Shown here piece after piece: positions 27,343-37,361 of a stretch of DNA of 64,000 bases (position 1 is the stretch's first letter; each line of letters opens with the position of its first letter). The DNA lies in the NCBI GenBank assembly GCA_965262955.1, contig CBDHGE010000001.1:3875295-3939294 (forward strand). The letters run 5' to 3'. The DNA is from Candidatus Poribacteria bacterium. Lineage in GTDB: Bacteria; Poribacteria; WGA-4E; WGA-3G. A model generated the notes under the pieces. It did not search any database. It was given only the letters and a program-made list of their open reading frames with translations, and was not told the DNA's origin. Position numbers and translations under genes: made by a program.

Positions 27343-29262
27343 GTGCCATCAATGCTGCAACGCTCCCATCCCTCTTCTACGTCTGTATCTCACCGGAGAA
27401 TCCGTTGGCGGATTATTTGGCTTGGACTTGCGCTGATTCCCTTCAATAACTATTGGGTCTTCGCGTCGTTACGTTGGGATCAAGGTTTCCCAACAACGAT
27501 GTCTCTCTTTTTCAATACCATTTTTGCACTTGCCATCTTGGTTCCTCTTAATACAGTTCTGCGTCGATTCGCGCCCCGCGCTGCACTCACCCAAGGCGAA
27601 TTGCTGACGCTCTACGCTATGCTATCAGTTGCTTCGGCGATCTGTGGACACGACCTATTTGAGGTAATCATCACCAATATCGCTACAGTCGGATGGTTGG
27701 CAACCGAGGAGAATGAATGGGGCACGCTCTTTCACCGCTATCTCCCCGACTGGCTTGCCTTGACCGATAAAAACAAGTTGACTGTCTATTTTACAGGGGA
27801 CTCAAGTCTCTACCTACAGCCACATCTTCAAATGTGGTGGAGACCTGTGCTGGCGTGGAGCGGGTTTATCATTGTTCTCCTATCCACGACGTTTTGCATC
27901 AACGTTATCCTGCGAAGACAGTGGATTGAAATCGAACGGCTCAGTTATCCGATTATCGAGTTACCGTATCGGATGACAACGGCACATTTCTTCCGTTCAA
28001 AACCGCTGTGGGTAGGAATCATTCTTGCAGGTGGGATAGATGTGGTTAACGGACTCCATTTTTTATTTCCAAACTTTCCCGGACTCGGTGGTGAATTCTA
28101 TGATTTACGTCCACTGTTTACGACCAAGCCGTGGAATGCGATTGGCTGGACCCCTATCGTTTTTTTCCCCTTCGTTATCGGGATGGCGTATTTCATCCCT
28201 CTTGACCTTTCATTTACATTCTGGTTTTTCTACATTTTTTGGAAATTCGAAATGATTTTTGGCAGTATCGCCGGTTTGCAACGGATTCCGGGATTTCCGT
28301 TCATCTTTGACCAGTCGTTTGGCGTCTGTGTCGGTGTGTTGTGTATGACGTTATGGAGCGCGCGACACCATCTACGGAACGTTCTCAGACAAGCATGGTC
28401 TCCGAACAGAAAAACGGTATCGAACGAACCGATCTCCTACCGCGTCGCCGTGTTAGGGCTGATAGGTGGGTTTTTGCTATTGGCAGGTTTTTGGTGGATG
28501 GCGGGAATGTCTTTTTGGGTAGCCATGCTTGTCTTTGCTATCCACCTAACGACGGTGACCGTAATTACCCGTGTCCGTGCCGAGTTAGGTCCACCGATTC
28601 ACGATCTGCGTTCCATGGGACCTGATGTCCTACTTCCCAAAATATTTGGGATGCGTCGGCTTGGCGGGCAGAATCTGTCACTCTTTTCGCTTGTGTTTTG
28701 TTTCAATCGTGCCTATCGGGGCAATACGATGCCACATCAATTAGAGGGTTTGAAATTGGCGGAACGGTCTCGGACTTCTTCACGACGGATTGCTATCGCG
28801 ATGTTCCTTGCGATGATACTTAGTCCTTTCGCTGCATTTTGGGGAGCACTTCATATCGGTTATGAAAGTGGTGCGATTGAAGTCTGGTCGGGTTCTGTGT
28901 TTAACCGCACGCAGAGCTGGCTAACAAACCCGATGCCTGTGGACGTTCCGGCGTTAATTGCCATGATTTGTGGTGTGTTATTCGCGTTTGGTCTGACCTT
29001 GGTTCGGCTCCGATTTTTCTGGTGGCCCCTATATCCGATTGGGTATGCGATTTCTGGAACGTGGGCGGTGAACTTCTTCTGGTTTTCCGTTTTTATCAGT
29101 TACTTCATCAAATTAGCAATTCTGCGTTTTGGCGGCATACAGACCTATCGCCGGGTCGCGCCGTTCTTTTTGGGATTGATTCTTGGAGAATTTTTGGTCG
29201 GTAGTGTTTGGGGACTTCTCGGTATCTTCTTGGAGAAACCGATGTATCGATTTATTTGGTGA
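27343..29262 (+). CDS. Large polytopic membrane protein of unknown function (paralog of 3070..4962)
   Basis: 639-aa hydrophobic ORF, colinear with the 630-aa protein at 3070. The start could be GTG 27343 or ATG 27352. Confidence 0.75.
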   Translation: MPSMLQRSHPSSTSVSHRRIRWRIIWLGLALIPFNNYWVFASLRWDQGFPTTMSLFFNTIFALAILVPLNTVLRRFAPRAALTQGELLTLYAMLSVASAICGHDLFEVIITNIATVGWLATEENEWGTLFHRYLPDWLALTDKNKLTVYFTGDSSLYLQPHLQMWWRPVLAWSGFIIVLLSTTFCINVILRRQWIEIERLSYPIIELPYRMTTAHFFRSKPLWVGIILAGGIDVVNGLHFLFPNFPGLGGEFYDLRPLFTTKPWNAIGWTPIVFFPFVIGMAYFIPLDLSFTFWFFYIFWKFEMIFGSIAGLQRIPGFPFIFDQSFGVCVGVLCMTLWSARHHLRNVLRQAWSPNRKTVSNEPISYRVAVLGLIGGFLLLAGFWWMAGMSFWVAMLVFAIHLTTVTVITRVRAELGPPIHDLRSMGPDVLLPKIFGMRRLGGQNLSLFSLVFCFNRAYRGNTMPHQLEGLKLAERSRTSSRRIAIAMFLAMILSPFAAFWGALHIGYESGAIEVWSGSVFNRTQSWLTNPMPVDVPALIAMICGVLFAFGLTLVRLRFFWWPLYPIGYAISGTWAVNFFWFSVFISYFIKLAILRFGGIQTYRRVAPFFLGLILGEFLVGSVWGLLGIFLEKPMYRFIW

Positions 29263-29315
29263 AAAACCTGCGAAATTCCAAATTATATATATCCGTCGAT
29301 CTTCAGTTTTTTCGC

Positions 29316-29345
29316 TTGACAAAGGCACTTCATTTCCTTTAAAAT
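29316..29345 (+). promoter_or_regulatory. Putative promoter for tyrA-cmk-plsC (TTGACA-18-TAAAAT)
   Basis: -35 element at 29316-29321 and -10 element at 29340-29345. Confidence 0.5.
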
Positions 29346-29411
29346 GTAATATACTTCTATCTATGAAGTACACGGCGATACGTTCGCAGGTTGAAGGTTT
29401 CCGGGACTTCT

Positions 29412-30320
29412 ATGACACAGATACAACAGCTACATCGAATTACAATATGGGGTGTCGGTTTAATCGGAGGTTCGCTTGGGCTTGCACTCAAGAAGAATGG
29501 ATTTCTCGGACAACGCGTCGGATTGGGACGGAACATCAGTAGGCTTGAAAATGCGCTGGCACGTGATGCTGTTGATGTGGTGACAACAGAAATAGAGGAA
29601 GGAATTCACGAGAGCGATCTCGTTGTGATCTGTACACCTGTTGAATTAGTCCCGATGTTGGTGCAACGCATCACTGAGTCCGTTGATCCACAGCAACAAC
29701 GCATTGTGTTGACGGATGCGGGAAGCACGAAATCTGTGTTGGTGAAGTCAATTGAGGAATACCTGCAGACACACAGTTCAGATGCCTTCTCTTTTATAGG
29801 TGGACACCCAATGGCGGGGTCACACGAAACCGGTGTAGATGCCGCACGCGCAACACTTTTTGAAAATGCAAAGTGTATTTTAACCCCGACAGAAAATAGC
29901 GATCCAGATGCCCTGGCATTAGTCAAAAATCTGTGGGAATTCGTCGGTTCAATTCCCTATCTCCTTTCACCTGAAACGCATGATTGGCTCGTCGGTGCCG
30001 CAAGCCACTTACCCCACCTCATGGCGAGTATACTCACGAATACTGTTGCGAACATAGAAATGGAAGAGAGTAAGGCATTGGACTTTACGGCGACCGGTTT
30101 CCGGGATTCCACTCGTATCGCTGCGGGTTCACCAGACTTATGGACTGGTATTTTTACACAGAACAGCGATGCGCTTTTATCGTTAATTGATGATCTCGTT
30201 ACCAATTTGATGGAATTTAAAACGCTACTTCAAACAGATAACCTTGTTGAGATTGAACGTGTGCTTGTGGAGGCACAGGCGATAATTAAAAAGCGCAATG
30301 AAAGTTTAGGAGGCTCATGA
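29412..30320 (+). CDS. tyrA: Prephenate dehydrogenase
   Basis: Rossmann motif ITIWGVGLIGGSLG and the conserved HPMAG motif. ATG 29412 is preferred over TTG 29391. Confidence 0.85.
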   Translation: MTQIQQLHRITIWGVGLIGGSLGLALKKNGFLGQRVGLGRNISRLENALARDAVDVVTTEIEEGIHESDLVVICTPVELVPMLVQRITESVDPQQQRIVLTDAGSTKSVLVKSIEEYLQTHSSDAFSFIGGHPMAGSHETGVDAARATLFENAKCILTPTENSDPDALALVKNLWEFVGSIPYLLSPETHDWLVGAASHLPHLMASILTNTVANIEMEESKALDFTATGFRDSTRIAAGSPDLWTGIFTQNSDALLSLIDDLVTNLMEFKTLLQTDNLVEIERVLVEAQAIIKKRNESLGGS

Positions 30321-30991
30321 AGAAAACTGGATCTCAGGTGACGATTGCGATGGATGGACCCGCCGGGTCTGGAAAAAGCACGGTGGCTCGCCGCGTCGCA
30401 GAACGGCTCGGACTGCTTTATCTCGATTCGGGCGCGATGTACCGAGCAGTAACGTTATTGGCAATAGCAGATGGGCTTGCAGCGGATAGCTCAAAGCTCA
30501 TTGAGCAAGTAAAGGCGTGCCATATTGAATTCAGAGATAACGGCAGAACGATTTTACTCAATGCCGAAGATGTATCTGTCCAAATCCGAACCCCAGCGGT
30601 CAATAGACGTGTTGCGGATGTTGCAAAAATACCGGAGATTCGTCATGAGATCGTAAAACATCAACAACGGATTGGTGCAGAAGGAAGTATCATCGCGGAA
30701 GGAAGGGATTTGACCACGATTGTTTTTCCCAACGCTGATTTTAAATTTTACCTTGATGCCTCTGTAACAGAGCGGGCAAAGCGTAGATTGGCTGAGCTGC
30801 AAGAACAAAATGTGGATACAACGTTAGCAGCGGTTGAAGCAGGGATTACGACTCGCGATGAAAAAGATACGACACGGGAACACAGCCCACTTCGTGCTGC
30901 TGACGATGCGATTATTGTCGATACAACCGATAAAACGATTGACGAAGTAGTTGATTTAATTGTGGCACAGGTGTGTGAAAGCGAGCAGTAA
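30317..30991 (+). CDS. cmk: Cytidylate kinase
   Basis: 224-aa ORF with P-loop IAMDGPAGSGKST and motif YLDSGAMYR. It overlaps the tyrA stop by 4 nt. Confidence 0.95.
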   Translation: MKKTGSQVTIAMDGPAGSGKSTVARRVAERLGLLYLDSGAMYRAVTLLAIADGLAADSSKLIEQVKACHIEFRDNGRTILLNAEDVSVQIRTPAVNRRVADVAKIPEIRHEIVKHQQRIGAEGSIIAEGRDLTTIVFPNADFKFYLDASVTERAKRRLAELQEQNVDTTLAAVEAGITTRDEKDTTREHSPLRAADDAIIVDTTDKTIDEVVDLIVAQVCESEQ

Positions 30992-30992
30992 G

Positions 30993-31016
30993 GTAGGAGG
31001 GGTGTGTAACCCCGAT
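30993..31016 (+). repeat. Small GTAGG-headed REP-like hairpin GTAGGAGGGGTGTGTAACCCCGAT
   Basis: It lies directly after the cmk stop, with stem GGGGT/ACCCC. Confidence 0.7.
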
Positions 31017-31022
31017 GTTTTT

Positions 31023-31676
31023 ATGTGGTATACTAATAATCAATTCTGGACATCACGTCCAATCTACCGATGGGGACATCGGCTCACGAACCTTTTCTGC
31101 AAAACTGTGGGACGCCTTAAGGTACAAGGCGTTGATCACATTCCAAGAGAAGGCGGCGTGTTGTTTGTTTCAAATCACGTCAGTTTCCTTGACCCTGTGA
31201 TCGTTGGTTCCGCTGCGAGCCGTGAAATTCATTACATGGCACGGAGCAACGCTTTTGACATTCCTGGCTTGGGAAAACTTATTTCAGTTTATAACGCATA
31301 TCCTGTAAATAGGGGTGCCCCAGATTTAGGAGCATTGCGAAAGACGATCTCACTTCTGCAATCCGGTAACGCCGTACTCATATTTCCAGAAGGCACCCGT
31401 AGCGTTGATGGAACGTTGGGCAAAGCGCGCGATGGTGCTTGTTTTATTGCACACCGAGCCGGCGTGCCAACTATTCCAGTTTTTCACAGCGGTGCAGAAC
31501 GGGTGTTGCCCCGCAATAGTAAACGGTTGCGCCGCGCACAATTAACTGTCACTTTTGGTGAACCTCTTGAACTGACTACCGAGGAATTTGAGACGAGACG
31601 CGAAATGTATCAGTATATGGGCAATCAGATGATGGAAGCGATTGCGGATTTGCGAGATCAGACGCTTAGTTCGTAG
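31023..31676 (+). CDS. plsC: 1-acyl-sn-glycerol-3-phosphate acyltransferase
   Basis: HX4D motif (NHVSFLDP) and the FPEGTRS motif. The track's 30960 start would read through a REP-like hairpin at 30993-31016, so ATG 31023 is preferred. Confidence 0.85.
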   Translation: MWYTNNQFWTSRPIYRWGHRLTNLFCKTVGRLKVQGVDHIPREGGVLFVSNHVSFLDPVIVGSAASREIHYMARSNAFDIPGLGKLISVYNAYPVNRGAPDLGALRKTISLLQSGNAVLIFPEGTRSVDGTLGKARDGACFIAHRAGVPTIPVFHSGAERVLPRNSKRLRRAQLTVTFGEPLELTTEEFETRREMYQYMGNQMMEAIADLRDQTLSS

Positions 31677-32760
31677 GATTCGCCAGAATTAGTAAAACAT
31701 CCCCCTCTTGGACCTGATAGGTTTTCCCTTCTGCTCTCAGCAAACCTTTGTTTCGCGCTTCAGGGAAGCTGCCACATGCTACCAAATCTGCCCAATTAAT
31801 CGTTTCTGAACGAATGAAAGCCTTTGCAAAATCGGTATGAACAAGTCCGGCTGCATCAACAGCGGTCTGTCCCTCACGTAGCGTCCATCCCCTCGCCTCT
31901 GTTGGGTTGATTGTGAAGAATGTGATTAATCCTAATAGTTGATATGAAGTTTGAATAAATCGCTCTAAGGCGGACTCGTTCAACCCCATTTCTTCCATAA
32001 AAATCTCTGCATCGGATGCATCAAGTTGTGAAAGCTCCATCTCTAACTGCGCAGCGAGGGCGATGGCGGCTGTTTGCTGTACCGCTTCGTATTTCCTGAA
32101 GCTTTTAAGAATATCATCAGCCGTTTCGAGTTGTGTTTCACTGATATTACATACCAGCAATAACGGTTTCTGCGTCAAAAATCCGTAACCTCGTATCAAT
32201 TTTTCCTCATTCGCAGATAGGTCCAAAACACGGAGCGGTTTTCCGTCTTCCAAGGTCTGTTGACACACTTCTAAAAGCCGGATCTCGGTTTGGAGTTCTG
32301 GTAGTTTCTGGCTTTGAAATTGCTTACGGAGTCGGGTCAGTCTACCTTCAACAATCTGCAAATCTGCCAATGCAAACTCAAGGGAGACGCTCTCAATATC
32401 ACGTTCCGCATCAACGCTTCCATCGACATGTGGTACCGTCTCATCTTCAAAAAGCCTGACGACATGAGCAAGGGCATCAACGGTGCGGAGTGCTCCAAGC
32501 GTTCCCGAATCTAATTCTGCTTGTTCTACATCCGATTTAGTTACCCCAGCGACATCTACGTAATCAATTGTAACAGGTGTTGTTTTTTGACTTTCAAATA
32601 TCGCTGCTAACTGTTCCAGGCGTTCGTCTGGGATATTGGCTGTGCTGAGGTTTATCTGCCCGCGATTCGTGTAGCCTCCAATCTCTGCGTTAGATTGGGC
32701 TAAGGTGTTAAAAACTGTTGTCTTTCCAACCTGCGGTCTGCCCACAATACCTATTTTCAT
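31666..32760 (-). CDS. ychF: Redox-regulated ATPase YchF
   Basis: 364-aa ORF with G1 motif GIVGRPQVGKTT and a TGS-like C-terminus. Its 3' end overlaps the plsC end by 11 nt (convergent). Confidence 0.93.
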   Translation of the reverse strand: MKIGIVGRPQVGKTTVFNTLAQSNAEIGGYTNRGQINLSTANIPDERLEQLAAIFESQKTTPVTIDYVDVAGVTKSDVEQAELDSGTLGALRTVDALAHVVRLFEDETVPHVDGSVDAERDIESVSLEFALADLQIVEGRLTRLRKQFQSQKLPELQTEIRLLEVCQQTLEDGKPLRVLDLSANEEKLIRGYGFLTQKPLLLVCNISETQLETADDILKSFRKYEAVQQTAAIALAAQLEMELSQLDASDAEIFMEEMGLNESALERFIQTSYQLLGLITFFTINPTEARGWTLREGQTAVDAAGLVHTDFAKAFIRSETINWADLVACGSFPEARNKGLLRAEGKTYQVQEGDVLLILANPTN

Positions 32761-32841
32761 TTTTTTCTAAACCTGCCTTATTTAGAGGCTGTATAGGATT
32801 CGGAGATTACTCCTACTGCATGTAATCTATGGAAAAAACCG

Positions 32842-32870
32842 TTGACGATATCTGTATAACGTGCTAATAT
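32842..32870 (+). promoter_or_regulatory. Putative promoter for the 32905 gene (TTGACG-17-TAATAT)
   Basis: -35 element at 32842-32847 and -10 element at 32865-32870. Confidence 0.5.
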
Positions 32871-32904
32871 GAGCCTTAGATATTGAATCCAACTCGGAGG
32901 TGAA

Positions 32905-33300
32905 ATGATCATGGCTGCTCAGAACGAAGGTTGGAGAAGACACATCGTCAAAATTTTAACTATTCTTTTAATCATTACCCTATGCGTTGCGGTTTTGCAA
33001 TGGTTTATCATCAAGGAATTATTCAGTTTCGGCACAGACATGGTAAAAGACGCATTGATTCGACAGGCTCCAGAAGGCGTGGATCGGTATGACATTGAGG
33101 TTACGTTTGATCGAGTCAAAACCGCTGGTAAGCAGTTGCCATTTAGTTTCCTCACTGGGAAAATTAGCCTCCGCAAAATTAGAGCCGTTGGTAGGTATGC
33201 TATAGAAGCCAACGAAGACGAATTTTGGGACGCTGATGAAATTAATACGCTCCTACGGATGATGGATGCCTCTGTCGGATTCAAAGGAGGATTCGAGTGA
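32905..33300 (+). CDS. Hypothetical single-pass membrane protein
   Basis: 131-aa ORF with a GGAGGTGAA RBS and an upstream TTGACG-17-TAATAT promoter. It has an N-terminal TM helix (IVKILTILLIITLCVAVLQWFII). No family was recognised. Confidence 0.5.
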   Translation: MIMAAQNEGWRRHIVKILTILLIITLCVAVLQWFIIKELFSFGTDMVKDALIRQAPEGVDRYDIEVTFDRVKTAGKQLPFSFLTGKISLRKIRAVGRYAIEANEDEFWDADEINTLLRMMDASVGFKGGFE

Positions 33301-33334
33301 CTTGCAATATCATTTTGCAAACGCTACTTAGACA

Positions 33335-34093
33335 ATGCAAACACACCTAACGCCCCCTTATGAAAAATTCGCCTACGCCTATGACCGCATGATGACGAAT
33401 GTAAACTATACACGCTGGACACATTACATTGAGTCGCTTTTTGATAGATATGATTGTAAACCGCGCCGTGTCCTCGATCTGGCTTGTGGGACTTGTGCTT
33501 TAACTATGCAGCTCGCACAGAAAGGTTATCAGATGATCGGGGTAGACCGGGCAGTCGGTATGTTAGACATCGCCAAGGAGAAGGTGGCAGCACACGATCT
33601 GAACATTGAACTACATTACGCGGATATGCGCGATTTCCAATTGAACCAACGGTTTGACGCGATCCTCTGCACCTACGATAGCATCAATTATGCCTACGAT
33701 GAAGACGAATTAAGCAACGTCTTTCAATGTGTTGCGGAGCATCTCGAACCGGACGGCTTGTTTATTTTTGACGTGACCACAGAACGCAACATCGTTGAGC
33801 ATTTTCATAACAAAACCTTTGCCGCAAATCATGAGGATTATACCTACATTTGGAAAAATAACTACCTCTATCACAGCAAAATGTGCCGAACAGTCCTAAC
33901 CTTTTTTATCCGTGAAGGTGAGTTATTTCGTCGTTACGAGGAGGTGCATCAACAGCGGATCTTTGAAGTCCCTGTTGTCAACGATCTCCTCAAAAAGGCA
34001 GGGTACAAATCCTTGAGTGCCTATGATATGTACACCTTCAGTCGTTGGAACCGCTATTCCGATCGAGTTAATTTTACGGCGCGCTTGATGTGA
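33335..34093 (+). CDS. Class I SAM-dependent methyltransferase
   Basis: 252-aa ORF with motif I VLDLACGTC and an acidic loop D at GVDRA. Confidence 0.8.
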   Translation: MQTHLTPPYEKFAYAYDRMMTNVNYTRWTHYIESLFDRYDCKPRRVLDLACGTCALTMQLAQKGYQMIGVDRAVGMLDIAKEKVAAHDLNIELHYADMRDFQLNQRFDAILCTYDSINYAYDEDELSNVFQCVAEHLEPDGLFIFDVTTERNIVEHFHNKTFAANHEDYTYIWKNNYLYHSKMCRTVLTFFIREGELFRRYEEVHQQRIFEVPVVNDLLKKAGYKSLSAYDMYTFSRWNRYSDRVNFTARLM

Positions 34094-34115
34094 CGGAAGC
34101 GCGCTTGACGCGCGC

Positions 34116-35168
34116 TTATAGACCCTCAGCAATGAGATCGCCGACCTCTTCTGTAGTATAGCCCATTCGTCCTGCACCAAGGTCTTTGATTTTACCACTG
34201 GCGAGTAGATCGCTGATGGATTTATCTACTTTTGCCGCTGCATCGGCATGTCCGAGGTGATCTAACATCATTCCAGCTGCGCCTATCGCCGCAATCGGGT
34301 TAATCTGGTTTTTGCCGGTGTAGCGCGGCGCAGAGCCGTGAATCGGTTCAAACATGGCGACGCTTTCTGGATTCAGATTGCCAGATGCTGCGATCCCCAT
34401 GCCACCTTGAATCATCGCACCGAGATCGGTAATGATGTCACCAAACATATTACAGGTCACAATGACATCGAACCACTCTGGGTTTTTCACCATCCACATC
34501 GTCGTTGCATCAACGAAAGCGTATTCCTTTTTGATATTGGGATAATCTTCACCAACTTCGTCAAACACGCGGCGCCATAGGTCATGTGCGTAAGTAAGAA
34601 CGTTTGCCTTATCGCAGAGCGTTAGTGTATTGTTTTTGTTGCGCTTTTGGGTGAATTCATAAGCGTAACGCACGCAGCGTTCTACACCTTTGTAGGTGTT
34701 AATCATTTCCTGAATGGCGACTTCATCACGAGTGCCGCGTTTCAGAAATCCACCTATGCCAGCGTATAAACCTTCAGTGTTTTCGCGGACGATGATAAAT
34801 TCAATATCTTCAGGTCCTTTATCCTGCAGTGGCGTAGGAACGCCCGGATAAAGTTTAACGGGGCGGAGGTTGATATAGAGATCGAGTTCAAACCGGACCT
34901 TTAGTAGGATACCTTTCTCTAAAATACCCGGTTTGACGTCGGGATGCCCGATAGCACCGAGGTAAATAGCATCGAGTCCTCGAAGTTCTTCTAAAACCGA
35001 GTCGGGTAACACTTCACCGGTATTCAGGTAGCGGTCGCCACCGACATCGTATTCAACTGTTTCATACTGAAGTCCTGCTTGTGCGGCTGCTGCCCCGAAG
35101 ACCTTCATTGCTTCACGTGTCACTTCGGGGCCGATTCCATCGCCAGGGATGAGACCGATTTTATACAT
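34116..35168 (-). CDS. Isopropylmalate/tartrate/isocitrate dehydrogenase family enzyme (LeuB-like)
   Basis: The N-terminus is [16 protein letters not shown], with [10 protein letters not shown] and the IHGSAP motif. The track's 35279 start adds 37 non-homologous residues, so ATG 35168 is preferred. Confidence 0.85.
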   Translation of the reverse strand: MYKIGLIPGDGIGPEVTREAMKVFGAAAAQAGLQYETVEYDVGGDRYLNTGEVLPDSVLEELRGLDAIYLGAIGHPDVKPGILEKGILLKVRFELDLYINLRPVKLYPGVPTPLQDKGPEDIEFIIVRENTEGLYAGIGGFLKRGTRDEVAIQEMINTYKGVERCVRYAYEFTQKRNKNNTLTLCDKANVLTYAHDLWRRVFDEVGEDYPNIKKEYAFVDATTMWMVKNPEWFDVIVTCNMFGDIITDLGAMIQGGMGIAASGNLNPESVAMFEPIHGSAPRYTGKNQINPIAAIGAAGMMLDHLGHADAAAKVDKSISDLLASGKIKDLGAGRMGYTTEEVGDLIAEGL

Positions 35169-35339
35169 AAATTTTCTCCAAACGTTAGGGTCATAGATTT
35201 CGGCGTAGTTTGCAAGCCGAAGTTTGCTTTGGAATAGTAGATTCTTTAAAATATTACCACATCTACGTCGATATTGCAAATTGAGTGTTTCTACAAAAAG
35301 CAGAGACGTGCTATAATGATTGCTACATTATGAGGTATT

Positions 35340-36413
35340 ATGAGACCTCGGAGGAACACTTTGATTACTGAAGCGCACCTGAAGGTGATTCTTGATAAAT
35401 TTCGTGAGCAGCGTATCCTCGTCATTGGGGATTTTTATCTTGACGCCTACTGGTACATAGACAAAACGTTATCTGCGCTATCGCTGGAAACACCTTGGCA
35501 TACCAACCCTGTCGTTGAACAACGCTATAGTCCCGGCGCGGCAGGAACAGTCACGAATAATCTAAGGGCGTTGGGTGTAGGGAACGTCTACACGCTCGGT
35601 GTGATAGGGAGAGATGGATTTGGGGGAACGCTGCTGGACCGTCTTCAGGCAAACGGATGCCTTACCGATTTTATGGTACAGGCGCAGGATTGGGTGACGC
35701 CTACTTATCTCAAACCGATCCATCGTGGTTATGAAGGCATGGAAACAGAGGGACCGCGTTTTGATATTGAAAACCAATCGCCAATGGTAGAAGATGTTGA
35801 AACCGCTGTTATCGATGCTTTGCAAGCCTGTATTCCCCTTGTTGATGGCGTAATTGTTGGGGATCAGATGCCGATTGAGAACTTAGGTGTTATCACTAAC
35901 CATGTGAGAGAGAAATTATGTGAATTAGCGTTGATGTTCCCTGACAAGATTTTTTTTGCCGATTCCCGCATGCGGATTGGGGCGTACCGGAATGTGATCA
36001 TTAAACCGAACCGATTTGAAGCAAAACGGGCTGTTCAGCCAGAATGGAATGGGCAGGAAATTGACATCAAGTCGGCGAAGCAGTGTGCTGTTACCCTCGC
36101 GGAACAAACGCAAAACACGGTATACGTTACGCTCGGAGAAAATGGCATCCTCGTCTACGCTGAAGGACGGTTTACGCATATCCCAGGCATTCGTGTTAAT
36201 AGTGAGATTGATCCAGTTGGTGCTGGAGACAGCGTTTCAGCTGGGCTTGTTGCAACCCTCTGTAGCCTTCACGCTTCACAAGAGGGAGCACCTGTTGAAG
36301 CGGCTTATGTCGGAAATCTGGTAGCTTCAATCACAGTCACTAAAATCGGCACTACTGGCACAGCGTCACCAGCGGAAATCTTAGAACGCCATCGGGACTA
36401 TATTAACCTATGA
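35340..36413 (+). CDS. PfkB-family carbohydrate kinase (RfaE/HldE domain-I-like)
   Basis: 357-aa ORF with ILVIGDFYLDAY at the N-terminus and a C-terminal DPVGAGDSV anion-hole motif. Confidence 0.75.
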   Translation: MRPRRNTLITEAHLKVILDKFREQRILVIGDFYLDAYWYIDKTLSALSLETPWHTNPVVEQRYSPGAAGTVTNNLRALGVGNVYTLGVIGRDGFGGTLLDRLQANGCLTDFMVQAQDWVTPTYLKPIHRGYEGMETEGPRFDIENQSPMVEDVETAVIDALQACIPLVDGVIVGDQMPIENLGVITNHVREKLCELALMFPDKIFFADSRMRIGAYRNVIIKPNRFEAKRAVQPEWNGQEIDIKSAKQCAVTLAEQTQNTVYVTLGENGILVYAEGRFTHIPGIRVNSEIDPVGAGDSVSAGLVATLCSLHASQEGAPVEAAYVGNLVASITVTKIGTTGTASPAEILERHRDYINL

Positions 36414-37180
36414 ATGTTTTTGATGCAATAACCCAGCGCCGTAGTCATCGCGGCACATTTCAGAAACGCGTGATTGAGGCTGACGACCTTGAGAAACTTA
36501 TTGAGGCTGCACGATGGACACCTTCACCTTTTAATGTCCAGCCTTGGGAACTCGTGTTCATTCAGGAGGCGGAAGGTAAAGCGGCACTCGCGGATCTGAC
36601 GGAATGTGCCGTGATTGAACAGTTCAAAGATGCCAAGTTCCTTGATGACAACAGTCGTTGGATGCGTCTCTCGGAGACAGAATGGCAAGAACAAGGCGAT
36701 GGTGTGCTACTCGCCGAACATATCACGCTACCAAAGCCGCTTCAGGAAGCACCAGAAAAACTGTTGCAGGGGCTGTTAAATAACGCAAAGTCGTTCACGC
36801 TTCTGGGGAATTTAGGGGCAGGCAAGATACCCGCTAAGGAGATTGCGCTACAGGTGCGCGAAGTCCCGTTGCTTGTGCTGATTACAATGAATTGCAAGCG
36901 GTTTCCGCCCGGTGAAGGTGGGACTCGGTGGATGTGGTTGAGTATGGGTATGTTAATTCAAAACGTCCTTCTCGCTGCGACTGCTCTGAACATCGGTGTG
37001 CAGTTTGTCAGTGCGCCTTTAGAACGTTCTGCAGACCGCGAGAAAATTCGCCAACTTTTCAATATCCCTATTTTCCATGAAGTAATTACGCTTCTCAGGC
37101 TGGGATATGTTGAGAACGGAACTGGGAACTCTGTCCGATTACCGACGTCAAAAATTGTGCACTTTGAGAAGGCAGAATAG
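36410..37180 (+). CDS. Nitroreductase family protein
   Basis: 256-aa ORF with the typical nitroreductase signature RRSHRGTF...AARWTPSPFNVQPWE. Its ATGA overlaps the upstream gene. Confidence 0.75.
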   Translation: MNVFDAITQRRSHRGTFQKRVIEADDLEKLIEAARWTPSPFNVQPWELVFIQEAEGKAALADLTECAVIEQFKDAKFLDDNSRWMRLSETEWQEQGDGVLLAEHITLPKPLQEAPEKLLQGLLNNAKSFTLLGNLGAGKIPAKEIALQVREVPLLVLITMNCKRFPPGEGGTRWMWLSMGMLIQNVLLAATALNIGVQFVSAPLERSADREKIRQLFNIPIFHEVITLLRLGYVENGTGNSVRLPTSKIVHFEKAE

Positions 37181-37200
37181 GCATGATATCTTGATGATGT

Positions 37201-37222
37201 GGGCGGGCAGGAATACCCGCCT
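37201..37222. terminator. GC hairpin between convergent genes (GGCGGG-CAGGAATA-CCCGCC)
   Basis: It lies between the nitroreductase stop (37180) and the candidate microprotein stop (37241). There is no clear T-tract. Confidence 0.35.
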
Positions 37223-37240
37223 CGACGGCGAACGGATATA

Positions 37241-37357
37241 TTATGCTGTACGATTTAGTACTTCTTTCAATGTCGCTTTCTTTTTTTTCACGCGTCGTTG
37301 TTGGCGTTGGCGGATCTGCGTCCGACGCCGGACCTGCCCGCTTTTACTCCGTGGCAT
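37241..37357 (-). CDS. Candidate 38-aa highly basic microprotein (below the ORF-track cutoff)
   Basis: My own translation is MPRSKSGQVRRRTQIRQRQQRRVKKKKATLKEVLNRTA. AAGGGGG lies 7 nt upstream of the ATG. It starts 4 nt after the stop of the 414-aa ORF on the same strand. Confidence 0.35.
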   Translation of the reverse strand: MPRSKSGQVRRRTQIRQRQQRRVKKKKATLKEVLNRTA

Positions 37358-37361
37358 AATT

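Noticed and set aside
32919-33320. 133-aa minus-strand ORF mirroring the plus-strand ORF 32905..33300
   Set aside because: The plus-strand ORF has a GGAGG RBS, an upstream TTGACG-17-TAATAT promoter and a clean N-terminal TM helix. The minus-strand ORF has none of these.
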